Shown one piece after another: positions 53,288 to 64,000 of a DNA stretch of 64,000 nucleotides; positions within the stretch are counted from its first letter, which is position 1, and the number at the start of each line of letters is the position of its first letter. The position numbers were made by a program, and so were the translations under genes. Source of the stretch: Octopus vulgaris (Eukaryota); NCBI GenBank assembly GCA_951406725.2, contig OX597832.1, positions 63,488,001-63,552,000 on the forward strand. Reading direction: 5' to 3'. The notes beneath the pieces are model-generated. The model worked only from the letters and a program-made list of their open reading frames with translations, was not told where the DNA came from and did no database searches.

Positions 53288-54490
53288 GTATCAAATCATA
53301 AATCTGTCCTATATAAACTACATTGTGCAAGTACCAAATTTCAGTTTTATCCTTCTTTCAGATCAACTGTATAGCTGTTTAAATTTTGGTCAAGAGAATT
53401 GCCACACAGGATGTAAAACTTACATATTTGGCTATGGTGTTTGGGGTTACTGCAGTCAGCCACGAGGGTGGTGCAACACCGTTCTGGTTTTGTTATCATC
53501 AACGTATACATTGCAAATTGCTGACAGTCAGATGAATGTTTAAAATTCATTTCATCTTTCTCAGAGAAATTTCATTTAAATCCTTAAATCCTTAAAAATG
53601 TTTTAGCCCGAAGGCCATGGCCAATTAAAAAAATATTTCTTAAATGTAACACAGTCATTAAATAATGTAAGACATACATCATCATCATCATTATTTAACA
53701 TCCACTTTCCATGCTGGTGTGGGTTGGACAGTTTGACTAGAACTGGTAAGCTGGAGAGATGCACCAGGTTCTAGTCTGATTTGACTTGGTTTCTATGGCT
53801 GGATGCCTTTCTTAACACCAACTGCCATTCCTAATACACACCTGACATATATATATATATATATATATATGCGTGTGTATATCTATCAGGTGTGGGTTAT
53901 GTATGCTGAACTGAAGAAGGAGGTATAATGAAATGATGTGACCTCTTCACATAACTGTCAATGTGCCGTTAGCGATATTTCACAAGTTTATGCTAATAGA
54001 CTGTGCTATTTTGGCTGGTCTCCTACATTTTATTATTATTAACAATTATAAGGTGGTGAACTGGCAGAATCGTTACCATGCCAGGCGAAATGCTTAGCAG
54101 CATTTCGTCTGTCTTTATGTTCTGAGTTCAAATTCTACTGAGGTTGACTTTACCTTTCATCCTTTTGGAGTTGATAAAATAAGTACCAGTTGAGGATTGG
54201 GGGTTGATGTAATCAACATACACCCGCTTCCCTGAAATTGCTGGCCTTGTGCCAAAATTTGAAACTATTAGTAGTAAAAGTTATTGTGTCTGATGGAATT
54301 ATGCTTATTCAGCTCCCTACCCTTCAGCCCTCAATCTTCCATCCATAATATGGCCACATTAAATGCAGGATCATTTTTGAATCCATTTAAAACAAGAGTG
54401 CATCTTATGCCAGCAAATATGGTAATTTCTTTTCTTTTTTTCTTCACTTCTTTCCTTTTTAAAAACAGGTTTTACTCTTTGTCTTTACAG

Positions 54491-54575
54491 GATACCCATT
54501 GCTTGTGATGTTCTCATGAAAAAGAAAATAAGTTATTTTATCTACTGGTGTTTTGTTGCTCTGCTTCTTTTTTTG
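54491..54575 (+). CDS. ALG9: ALG9 exon 7
   Basis: ttacag|IPIACDVLMKKKISYFIYWCFVALLLFL|gtaaat; 85 nt. Confidence 0.93.
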
Positions 54576-55743
54576 GTAAATATTTTTCAATCTGTTTCTC
54601 TTTCTTTTATTTCCCACTGAATTTTTTGTTGTTTATTTAAAAAAGGGAAATTGTTTTCCCTGTATTCTTTCTCTCTTACCACATAATAAAATAAATGTGT
54701 CAGAGCGCAGGTATGGCTATCTGGTTGAGAAGTTCCTTTCCCGACCATGTGGTTTGGGTTGAATCCCACTACATGGCACCTTCAGCAACCAAAGCCTGTG
54801 AGTGGATTTGGTAGATGGAATCAGAAAGAAAAGGTCAATGTGTATGTTTGTTTGTATCTACTATTTGCTTATGCAAAAGTCCCAACATTGAAGCAGTGCT
54901 TTTAACACCTCTGCTGTTACTAAGTCGGATGGGGCTGTAGTAGAAGACACTTGCCTCATACATGCAATTATTGGCAGTAACTACACGTACATGTATCAAC
55001 TACATATGATTATTATTAATTAAGTACGCCATCTCCTCTGGCCCCTGTGCTGGTGGCACGTAAAAAGCACCCACTACACTCTCGGAGTGGTTGGCATTAG
55101 AAAGGGCATCCAGCTGTAGAATCCCTACCAGATCAGATAGGGGCCTGGTGCAGCCTCCTGGCTTCCCAGACCCCAATCGAACCATCCAACCCATGCCAGC
55201 ATGGAAAACGGACGTTAAAGGATGATGATGATTAGCACAGACATGGCTGTGTGGTAAGAAGTTTGCTTCCCAACCACATGGCTCCAGTTTCAATCCTGCT
55301 GTGTGGCTTCTTGGGCAAGTGTTTTTTTTGCTATAGCCCCAGACTGATGAAAGTTTTATGAGGTGGATTCGATGGATAGAAACTGAAAGAAGCCTGTCTC
55401 ACACACACACACACACACATATGTATGTATGTATGTGTGTTACAGTGTCCGTGTCTTGATATTTTGTGATTATTGTAAAACAAGTGTCACTGCCATGCAT
55501 GCTGTGTCCTTCATTTCCAATCTTCCATGAAAACATGTCTGGTCATGAGGAAAAACTACTTCAATTGGAAATAAATGAGGGAGAGCTAGCCACACGAAGG
55601 GCATCTGGCCATAGAAAACTTGCTTGAACAAAATTCCATCTGACCCATGCAAGCGTAGAAAAGTGTATGTTGTTATTGTTGGTGTTGGTGGTGGTGACTT
55701 ATTATTATTTTTATTATTATTATTGGTTATTTCATTATTTCAG

Positions 55744-55849
55744 CTCCCTGTGGTTGTTATTGACAGTTATTATTATGACAAATTGGTTATTGCTCCATTG
55801 AATATCCTCCTTTATAATATTTTCACTGAACACGGACCAGATATTTATG
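55744..55849 (+). CDS. ALG9: ALG9 exon 8
   Basis: tttcag|LPVVVIDSYYYDKLVIAPLNILLYNIFTEHGPDIY(G)|gtaagt; 106 nt. Confidence 0.97.
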
Positions 55850-57535
55850 GTAAGTTGTAACCCCTTCCTTCTTACATCTACTTAGATATGCTAATTTATA
55901 TATCCTCATCATCGGGCATTTTACATCTGTTTTTCCTTGTTGGCATGGGTTGGGTGAGTTTCACAGCTTCTCAGTTCTGAATGTAGTCCTACATCATCTA
56001 ACACACAATAACAGAGAAAACCTACCAACTCTGTTGTTGTGTATATCATGTTTTCGGTATTTTGTTTTGGTGGTTGAATGTTCTTCTTATCACCAATCAT
56101 TTTTACAATGGCAACATTTTGGGTGCTTTTTGTCACCAACACAAGAGAAAGGATAAACGGGATTAAATAATCTTCTTTAATCTTCCTCCATTTGTCCTTT
56201 TCTTGGTGTGTGTGTGTATGTATGTATGTATGTATGTATATATATACACACACACACACATTTTGTTATATGGATTCATAAGAATCAAGGCACATCAAGT
56301 AAGTGGTAGGACGCCAGAAATGGCTAGGTACAATAACCTAGAGCTCACATTGAAATAAACAACATTAAGTACATCCCAAAAAGGATGAAAGGCAAAGTCA
56401 ACCTCAGCAGAATTTGAACTCAGAACGTAAAGACGGATGAAATACCACTAAGCATTTTGTCCAGCGTGCTAACGATTCTGCCAGCTTGCCACCTTAAAAA
56501 GAACAATGAAAATAATTATTTCAAATTCTTTCCACAAGGGCAGCTTGAGGGAGGGGATTAAATCAATTACATCGACCCCCAATGCATAACTGGTACTTAT
56601 TTAACCAACCCCAAAAGGATGAAAGGCAAAGTCAACCTTGGCAAAATATCATTAAGCGTTCCACCCAGCATGCTAATGATTCTGCTAGCTCAACACTTTA
56701 AAAAAACAATAAAAATAATGATGATGAAAATAGCTTTTGTTTTGGACCTTTAATCAAGTAGATAATCAGAGGTATCTTAGCCATTTTAGCCTTGCTCATC
56801 TTGTTTGTTTTTTGTTGTTGTTTTTTTCTAAAATTACATTATTATCCAAATTGGCCTGTCTTTTTTTTTTTTTTTTTTTAGATAAGAAGTGATATGTGAG
56901 ATTTTACTGTTTTCTCTGGTGTATCGAGTAATAGTGTAGAGGCTTGCTTAATCCCTTTTTCACTTTTACCTGTTTCTGCCAGAAGCTGTGGCCTTTCTAG
57001 GGTACCCTCATTGGCATGATTTTTCATTTATTTCATTTCTACAGTGCTCTCTCCACAGTGTGGTTTGGTGAATGAGGGAATTAAGACATTGCTCTCATCA
57101 TTTGTGTTTCTTGCTGTAACAAGTGTTCATCTGAGGTCTCAGATAGAAATTTTTCTCCGTGTGTTTTGAATACATACACATCTACACCAAGCAAATTTCC
57201 ATAGTTTGCTGGCTAAGTAATTAAAAATACATGCTGCCCCCAACACACACATACACACACCATCACCACCGTCTCAAGTTTCATAGTCTTGCAAGCTGCC
57301 TGATGACCAAACTATTGCTGGTGCTATGAAAAACGCACTCAGTACATGCTGTAAAGTGGTTGGCATTGGGAAGGGCATCTGGTTATAGAAACCATGCCAA
57401 AGCAGACACTAGACCACAGTGCAGTCCTTGGGCTCTTCAGATTCTTTCGATTGATGTTGATATGAAATTTCAACCAGAAATTATATTAAAAGCCATTTTT
57501 TATTTTCTTATCATCCAATATATTTTATTTTACAG

Positions 57536-57624
57536 GAACAGAACCATTTACTTTCTATTTTCTCAACGGCTTCCTAAACTTTAATATCGCATTTTTGTTG
57601 GCCCTCATATGTCTTCCAATAGCA
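57536..57624 (+). CDS. ALG9: ALG9 exon 9
   Basis: ttacag|(G)TEPFTFYFLNGFLNFNIAFLLALICLPIA|gtgagt; 89 nt. Confidence 0.96.
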
Positions 57625-57845
57625 GTGAGTATTTGCTTTTTTTTTTTTTTTTTTGTTAATGACACTTTCTTACAGATTCATTCTGCATTTACTTATTTAT
57701 GCAAGTTAAAAACGAAAATCCTACTTCAAAGCTCAATTTGAAACCACATGGTTCTAGTTTCAGTGTATTGCATGGCACCTTGGCTTATTAGTGTCTTGTG
57801 TGGGAATTTGGTAGAACGAAGCTGTGGAATCCTGTTGTACAAGGA

Positions 57846-58258
57846 TCTACTATAATACACTTGTGTTTTTCTCTGTCACAACATATGAATGAGAAAGGAA
57901 GGGGTAATTAGCTGAATAAGGAAGGAAGGAAAGGGTAATGGCAAACTTGGTTGAGGGATGATGGAAATTCTACGGTGAAAAAAGAAATCAAACAGCATGA
58001 AAGAATGAAACTGCATGAGTATATGTGTGTGTATATAAAAGGGAGTCATGTGAATGTTTGTGTGTGTGCAATGGAAGTGGGATGGTGAACATTCAATGCT
58101 GAAAAGAAAAATCAAACAGCGTTTCAACTCTGTGTGAGTGTATGTATGTGCATGTACAAAGGAAGTATGCGAATGTTTGTATGTGTGATTATTATGTACC
58201 TTATTTATATATAAAATACTACAATTAGCCGTCATTTTTGTGGCATGGGGCCAGCTAG
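57846..58258 (+). mobile_element. Non-autonomous Helitron
   Basis: A|TC 5' end, subterminal hairpin, CTAG|T 3' end and no TSD. A homologous copy lies on the minus strand at 33163-33629. Confidence 0.75.
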
Positions 58259-58401
58259 TAACTAATATAATGTGTTTGTGTGTGTGTGATGGTAGTCTCT
58301 CATAGTCCAATAAAAGATGGTTCTGCAAATTTCTTGCTGAACAATCTCCACAAATGATTTGTTTATAATAATTAGATGTTTGTACTGAATATTAACTCAT
58401 T

Positions 58402-58820
58402 CAGTTCTGTATTTCAGAGATGAGGAATTACTTACATTTGACGGCTATTTGTCCTCATCTTGTTTGTTGTTAACACAACGTTTCGGCTGATATACCCTCC
58501 AGCCTTCACCAGGTATCTTGGGAAAATTTTGAATCTGGGTTCTCATTCCTAAGGTATTTTTTGATGTTATTATTATTATGCCCACAGGCATATAGCATAG
58601 TGGTTAAGAGCATGGGCTACTAACCCCAAGATTCCAAGTTCGATTCCAGGCAGTGACCTGAATAATAATAATAATAACAACATTGAAAAATACCTTAGCA
58701 ATGAGAACCCAGGTTCAAAATTTCCCCAAGACACCTGATGAAGGCTGGAGGGTATATCAGCCAAAATGTTGTGTTAACAACAAACAAGATGAGGACAAAT
58801 ATCCGTCAAATGTAAATAAT
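58402..58820 (+). mobile_element. Fold-back hammerhead/tRNA element, copy 3
   Basis: Same family in the opposite orientation; tRNA-like head at 58586-58658. The hammerheads at 58472-58517 (-) and 58730-58775 (+) each carry core point mutations. Confidence 0.8.
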
Positions 58821-60001
58821 TTAAATAATTAGCTCATTTGTTCCCTCAAATCAACGTTGCCATTACAGGTGCATGGTGTACCACATGTCAGGTGTTGAGG
58901 TGATCGCAGAGCAATGTGGGACGAAATGTTTTGCTTAAGAACACAATGCACCACCCAGTACAAGAACTGAAACCATGATATTCCCTATCATGAGTACAAC
59001 ACCCTAACCACTAGGCCATATATGTGTGTGTCTTTGCATCTGTGTTTCTCCCCCCCCCACACACACACACACTGCTTGACACCCTGTGTTGGTTCGTTTA
59101 CATTCCTGTTATATAGTGGCTCAACAAAAGAGACTGATATTTAAGTAGCATTAAATAAGTACTGGGTTCGATTTGTTCAGCTAAAACCTCTCAATGTGGT
59201 GCCCCAGCATGGCCACAGTCCACTGACTGAAACAAGTAAAAGAAGCTACAGTGCCCATGACCTAAGTATATTTCTCCAACTCTCATGAAGTCTACAGTCA
59301 TGCAATATTCATTATAATCCAAATTCCGCCGAGTTTGACTTTGTATTTCCTCCGGGGTTGATAAATTAAGTACCAGTTGCATACTGGGGTCGATCTAATC
59401 GACTGGCCTCACCCTATCTAAAAATTTTGGGCCTTGTGCCTAGAGTACAAAAGATTGCTGAAGGTGGTGAGCTGGTAGAAACGTTAGCATGCCGGGTGAA
59501 ATACGTAGCGGTATTTCATCTTGCTTTACGTTCTGAGTTCAAATTCTGCCAAGGTCAACTTTGCCTTTCATCCTTTCAGGGTTGATAAATTAAGTACCAG
59601 TTGCACACTGGTGTCGATCTAATCAACTACCCACCCACTCCCTCAAAATTTCAGGCCTTGTGCCTAGATTAGAAAAGAATATTCATTATAATTATTTTTG
59701 CTGTAATACACAGCAGCAGCAGCAGTGGTTTCTTTCATGTTTGCTCCATATACAATGGTGTTTCTCAGGACCGTCATCACCATTTGATGTTTATAAAATT
59801 CCATTATATTTTTATTTATAAATATGATTATGAATTGTTTCAAAAAATTCTTTAAATATTTTGTATATTGTAGAAGAGTAACCAATTTATTGCACACATA
59901 AAATTTAATAGCAAATCTTTTATGGATCCCACCAAGGGTCATATGAGAACTACTTATATACCAAATATTGATTAGAATTTCATTTTCTCATTTTCTTTCA
60001 G

Positions 60002-60041
60002 GTTGTGGCAAAATTTATATGCAAACAGTCAAAGAATTCAG
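60002..60041 (+). CDS. ALG9: ALG9 exon 10 (short, poorly conserved)
   Basis: tttcag|VVAKFICKQSKNS(D)|gtattt; 40 nt. Its phase 0/1 exactly bridges exons 9 and 11. Confidence 0.82.
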
Positions 60042-60055
60042 GTATTTTGAATATT

Positions 60056-60086
<31 letters not shown>

Positions 60087-60299
60087 TGATGATGATAATG
60101 GTTTCAAATTTTGCCACAAGGGTAGCAATTTTTGGTGAGGGAATGAGTCGATTACATTGACACCAGTGCGTAACTGGTAATTATTTTATCAACCCTGAAA
60201 GGATGAAAGATAAAGTCGTCCTTGGCAAAATTTGAACTCACTGCTAAGCATTTCGTCCAGTGCGGTAACAATTCTGCCAGTTCACTGCCTTAATAATAA

Positions 60300-60715
60300 T
60301 AATGATAATAACAATAATGAACTTGTATACAATGCTGCTCAGGTGCACTGAACTCATCAGAAAAATTAGCCAAAAGTGCATGAAAAGTACATAGAATATA
60401 TACACAGGAAGCAAACAGTGAATGAGTCATTTTAAAAAACAAAGTGGGTTGGAGCATCAGATGTACTGTTGGCAAATGCCAAGAATCATGGAAGTTTTGA
60501 AGGATGTATTATCCTGATAGCTAACAACTGATGTGGGTAGTTTATTCCATGTTTCAGCAATTCTGGGTGTGTAAAGATATTTCCAAAAGTCATGCATACT
60601 GTGTTGTTTTTTTGATTTTGTAAGCATGCCCACGGGTGTTAGACATGGAATTCAAAAAGGTGCACAAGACAGCTGTTGGAAAGATGGTGGATAATCTTGT
60701 GGGTCTCTACCAAGT
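60300..60715 (-). mobile_element. CR1-type LINE 3' fragment
   Basis: Minus strand NTRGHAYKI...RIAETWNKLPTSVV...SFKTSM; 3' end similar to the copy at 25731. Confidence 0.75.
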
Positions 60716-62386
60716 TTTATAATTTCATTATGGTTGATAACCATCTCACACTCACACACACATACCTAGGTAAATGTTTGAATGAGAGTAAGCATAGTTG
60801 TATGTTTAAGAAGTTTTGTTTCCCAATGGTTCCCAGTTCAATTCCACATTTTGGATAGGTGTCTTCTACTGTTGCCCTGAGCCAACTAAAGCCTTGTGAG
60901 TGGATTTGGTAGATAGAAACTGAAAGAAGCCTATTGTGTATATGTGTGTGTATATTCATATATCATCAACATCATCATCATTTAGCATCCATGTTCCATG
61001 CTGGCATGGGTTAGATGGCATGATAGAATTCGATGGATCCAAAGGCTGCATCATGCTCCACTGTCAGCTTTGGCATGGTTTCTCCAGCAAGATGCTCTTC
61101 CTTCTGCCACCCAACTTTTCAGAATATACTGGGTGGTTTTTCTTTCCATTCAACTAACAGTAATGAGATCTCCCTGGATGTAAAAACAATGCCTCAATGA
61201 TATATTCACCTAACCCAAGCTAACATGGGAAAACAGATGTAAAATAAAAATAAACAAACGTAGCATCCCAAATACCTTTAGCAGAGTCCATTCTGTTGCA
61301 AGCATTTGAGCTAGGTTTCTAGTACAAGGATTCTTCCTTCCTCCCCAACAGTCTCAGTCAGAAGCCCCTGCGGGAGAGTCATGGCTACAGTCTTCTCTCA
61401 TCATCATCACCATATATCCGTTTTTCCATGATGACATGGTTTGACAGGAGTTGGCAAACCAGAGGACTGTGCCAAGCTCTACTGTCCGCTTTGACATGAT
61501 TTCTATGGCTGTATGCCCTTCCTAATGCCAACCACTTTACAGAATGTACTGGGTGCTTTGTATGTGGCACCAGCACCAGTGAGATCACCAAGTAACTTGC
61601 CAGATAAGACCCTGCAATCAACTGATTGGAGATTAGTATTGAGAGAGGTGATTTTGTGCCAGGTGAGGAGAGTTTAGAGTATGAATAGTGAGACAGAAAC
61701 AGGTGTCTTGCAGGAGAGGAGAACACGGCTCCCCCTGTTGGATAAAGAGAGTAGGAGAAGCAAGATGCTATTTAATCATTTGATTAATTGCAGAATTTGA
61801 ATGGCCAAGTGGCTATGGTATTAGACATTCAGCTAATAAGTCTTAAGTTCAAACCTACTAATTTTCTTAGTATCACTACATTTCTTACAATGACATTAGT
61901 CACAGAGTTGGTTCTTTTAACCAATGTAAGCATAAACATACATCACAATCGTCATCAATGTTTAATTGCAGTCCAATTATTGCTGGCACTAACTGTCATT
62001 AATTGCCCAGTTTTAGAAACCTCTTTATTATCATAAAAGTTGTGATAATGATAACAATAACAATAATGGTGGGAGTAACTAGCTGTTAATATTGTTCTTG
62101 TTGTGGTTGCTGTCAGGTAGCTATGACAATTTAACTTGTTAACATGTTTTGATAATGACCTGTCTGATACTGTTTCTAATTCAAAGATATAAAGACTCTT
62201 GTCTTAAAGTATTCATACAGAATTTTAAAAACCTTCCATAATCACTTCATATTAAAACATTTTGTTTCACATATTTTCCAGTCCCCAGTTTAATAATTTA
62301 AACATTATTTACTCTATTAAATCCCACCAAATATTTTACTGCTTTTAAAATGTAGCAAAATGTATAAGCAGTTTATTTCATTAGAT

Positions 62387-62713
62387 ACGGAGTTGCAAAA
62401 GGGTAATGTTGTATAATATTTCGTTTTTGGATTTGGTTTGCAAGATTCTTTATATTAGTTCGTGTGTTGAAGCATATTCTGTTGTGTCTGGGGAGAGTCA
62501 TTCTCTTTTAGTGCCTTATCATTTAACACACTCACCAGTGAAATTTCCACTTATTTCTTATTTTTATTTTCTAAAATTTTCGTTGCGTCTTGTAACCTTT
62601 TCAATAGTCTTAACTCAGAAAATAAAAATAAGAAATAAGTGGAAATTTTACCAGTGAGTGTGTTAAATAATAAGGCACTAAAAGAGAATGACTCTCCCCA
62701 GACACAACAGAAT
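62387..62713 (-). mobile_element. Penelope-like element fragment with 97-bp inverted arms and a U3-A8 variant hammerhead motif
   Basis: Arms 62476-62572 and 62617-62713 differ at 4 positions. The loop reads CUA UUGAAAA GGUUAC aagac GCAAC GAAA AUUU UAG on the minus strand. Confidence 0.65.
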
Positions 62714-62846
62714 TGTATAGTATAATATATCAATAAAAATAAAATTTGTTATTGCTTTAATTTTTCATAGATTTTATTGTCAATGAAACCTAATTCAATG
62801 AAAATTGCATTTCCATCACTTATATGTTTTATATATTGTTTTTCAG

Positions 62847-62917
62847 ATATTCCTTTGTGGTTGTCAATGGGTCCCATGTTTATTTGGATCATCATATTCT
62901 TTACAAGACCTCATAAG
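62847..62917 (+). CDS. ALG9: ALG9 exon 11 (gene continues beyond window)
   Basis: tttcag|(D)IPLWLSMGPMFIWIIIFFTRPHK|gttagt. The following EERF motif is not in the window. Confidence 0.95.
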
Positions 62918-63689
62918 GTTAGTGATATCAACTATATACTTCCATTTCAATGTGTGTGTATGCATGCATGCGCACAGAGAGAGAGAGAGAGAGAGAGAAG
63001 CATATGCCTGCCCACACATACAATAGGTTACTGTCGTTTGCATTTACTGAATTCCGCTCATTAGACACTGGTCAGCCCAAGACTATTGTCACAGACACTT
63101 ACACAATGTTCCAAGTGGTTACCAAATGTACTTCTAACCACACACATACACCTACACAAAAAAACACACACACACACGATTGGCTTCTTTCAGTTTCTGC
63201 CTACCAAATCCACTCTGAAGGCTTTACTTGGCCCAGGGCTATAGAAGACACTTGCCTGAGATACTACTCTGAAACTGGACCCACCAAACTCACAGGATTA
63301 GGGAGCAAGTATTTTAACCACACGTTAAGGCGTTAGGAAGGGCATCCAGCCGTAGAAACACTGCCAGATCTGACTGGGCCTGACAAAGCCTTCCAGCTTC
63401 ACAGACCCCAGTTTACCCGTCCAACCCATGCTAGCATGGAAAGCGGACGCTAAATGATGATGATGATGATGATGTATATGCCTATGTCCACAAAGGTATA
63501 CAGCTATACACTGGAGAATTTGTGATGAACTTGACAAGCCTCGAGAGTCTTCTCAATCCTTCGATGTATCTGCTCATCTGTGAACCACTTTACAGAATGT
63601 ACTGGAAACGTTTTATTATGGCACCAGGTTCTAGAGAAATTGTTGTATGAGACAAGGATCCTCTCAACCCTGCAATTTCACCACTTACT

Positions 63690-63890
63690 TGACAATCTTG
63701 CAAGGTTCACAGACAACAGGTGGACCCATGCTGTTGCTGAGTATTATCCAAGAGTTGAGAAAAGGCAATTTGGATGGCTTCCATGATGATAGAAATATGA
63801 TACAGTCAAGCAATTTGAGTCAAGATGAAAAAGAATGGCAGAATGAAGACAGAATTGGAAGCTCATTGTAACCAGTGGTGTATAACAGCA
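63690..63890 (+). mobile_element. RTE LINE C-terminal remnant
   Basis: ARFTDNRWTHAVAEYYPRVEKRQFGWLP resembles the RTE C-terminal motif. Confidence 0.5.
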
Positions 63891-64000
63891 TCTGATGGTC
63901 TGGTCAGTACTGTGATACTGTGATTTGGTAACAACTTTATGGAGCATTCTGGCATCTATGCTAATGAGATCAGCTTGTACCCTGCAAGAGAAAAAGAGGT

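Noticed and set aside
58586-58658. tRNA gene (also 15558-15630, 31391-31460 and 48920-48996)
   Set aside because: The acceptor and anticodon stems are imperfect and the segments are embedded in repeats, so they are treated as tRNA-derived heads.

Overview
AT-rich, repeat-dense animal genomic DNA. The SINE families and microsatellites point to an Octopus (coleoid cephalopod) genome, which is an inference. Two multi-exon housekeeping genes lie head-to-head with about 515 bp between start codons. PCCB (propionyl-CoA carboxylase beta) is on the minus strand, with 8 coding exons at 41734..26463 followed by more than 26 kb in which I find no further exon. ALG9 (alpha-1,2-mannosyltransferase) is on the plus strand, with 11 coding exons at 42249..62917, and continues past the window. 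All exons have GT-AG boundaries with consistent phases. The introns hold tRNA-derived SINEs, RTE and CR1 LINE remnants, mariner, hAT, piggyBac- and Tigger-type MITEs and non-autonomous Helitrons. The most striking feature is three families of fold-back non-coding elements carrying minimal hammerhead-ribozyme motifs of the Penelope-like-element type. Two of these families also have a tRNA-like Pol III head, making them candidate tRNA-headed, hammerhead-bearing SINE-like retroelements.
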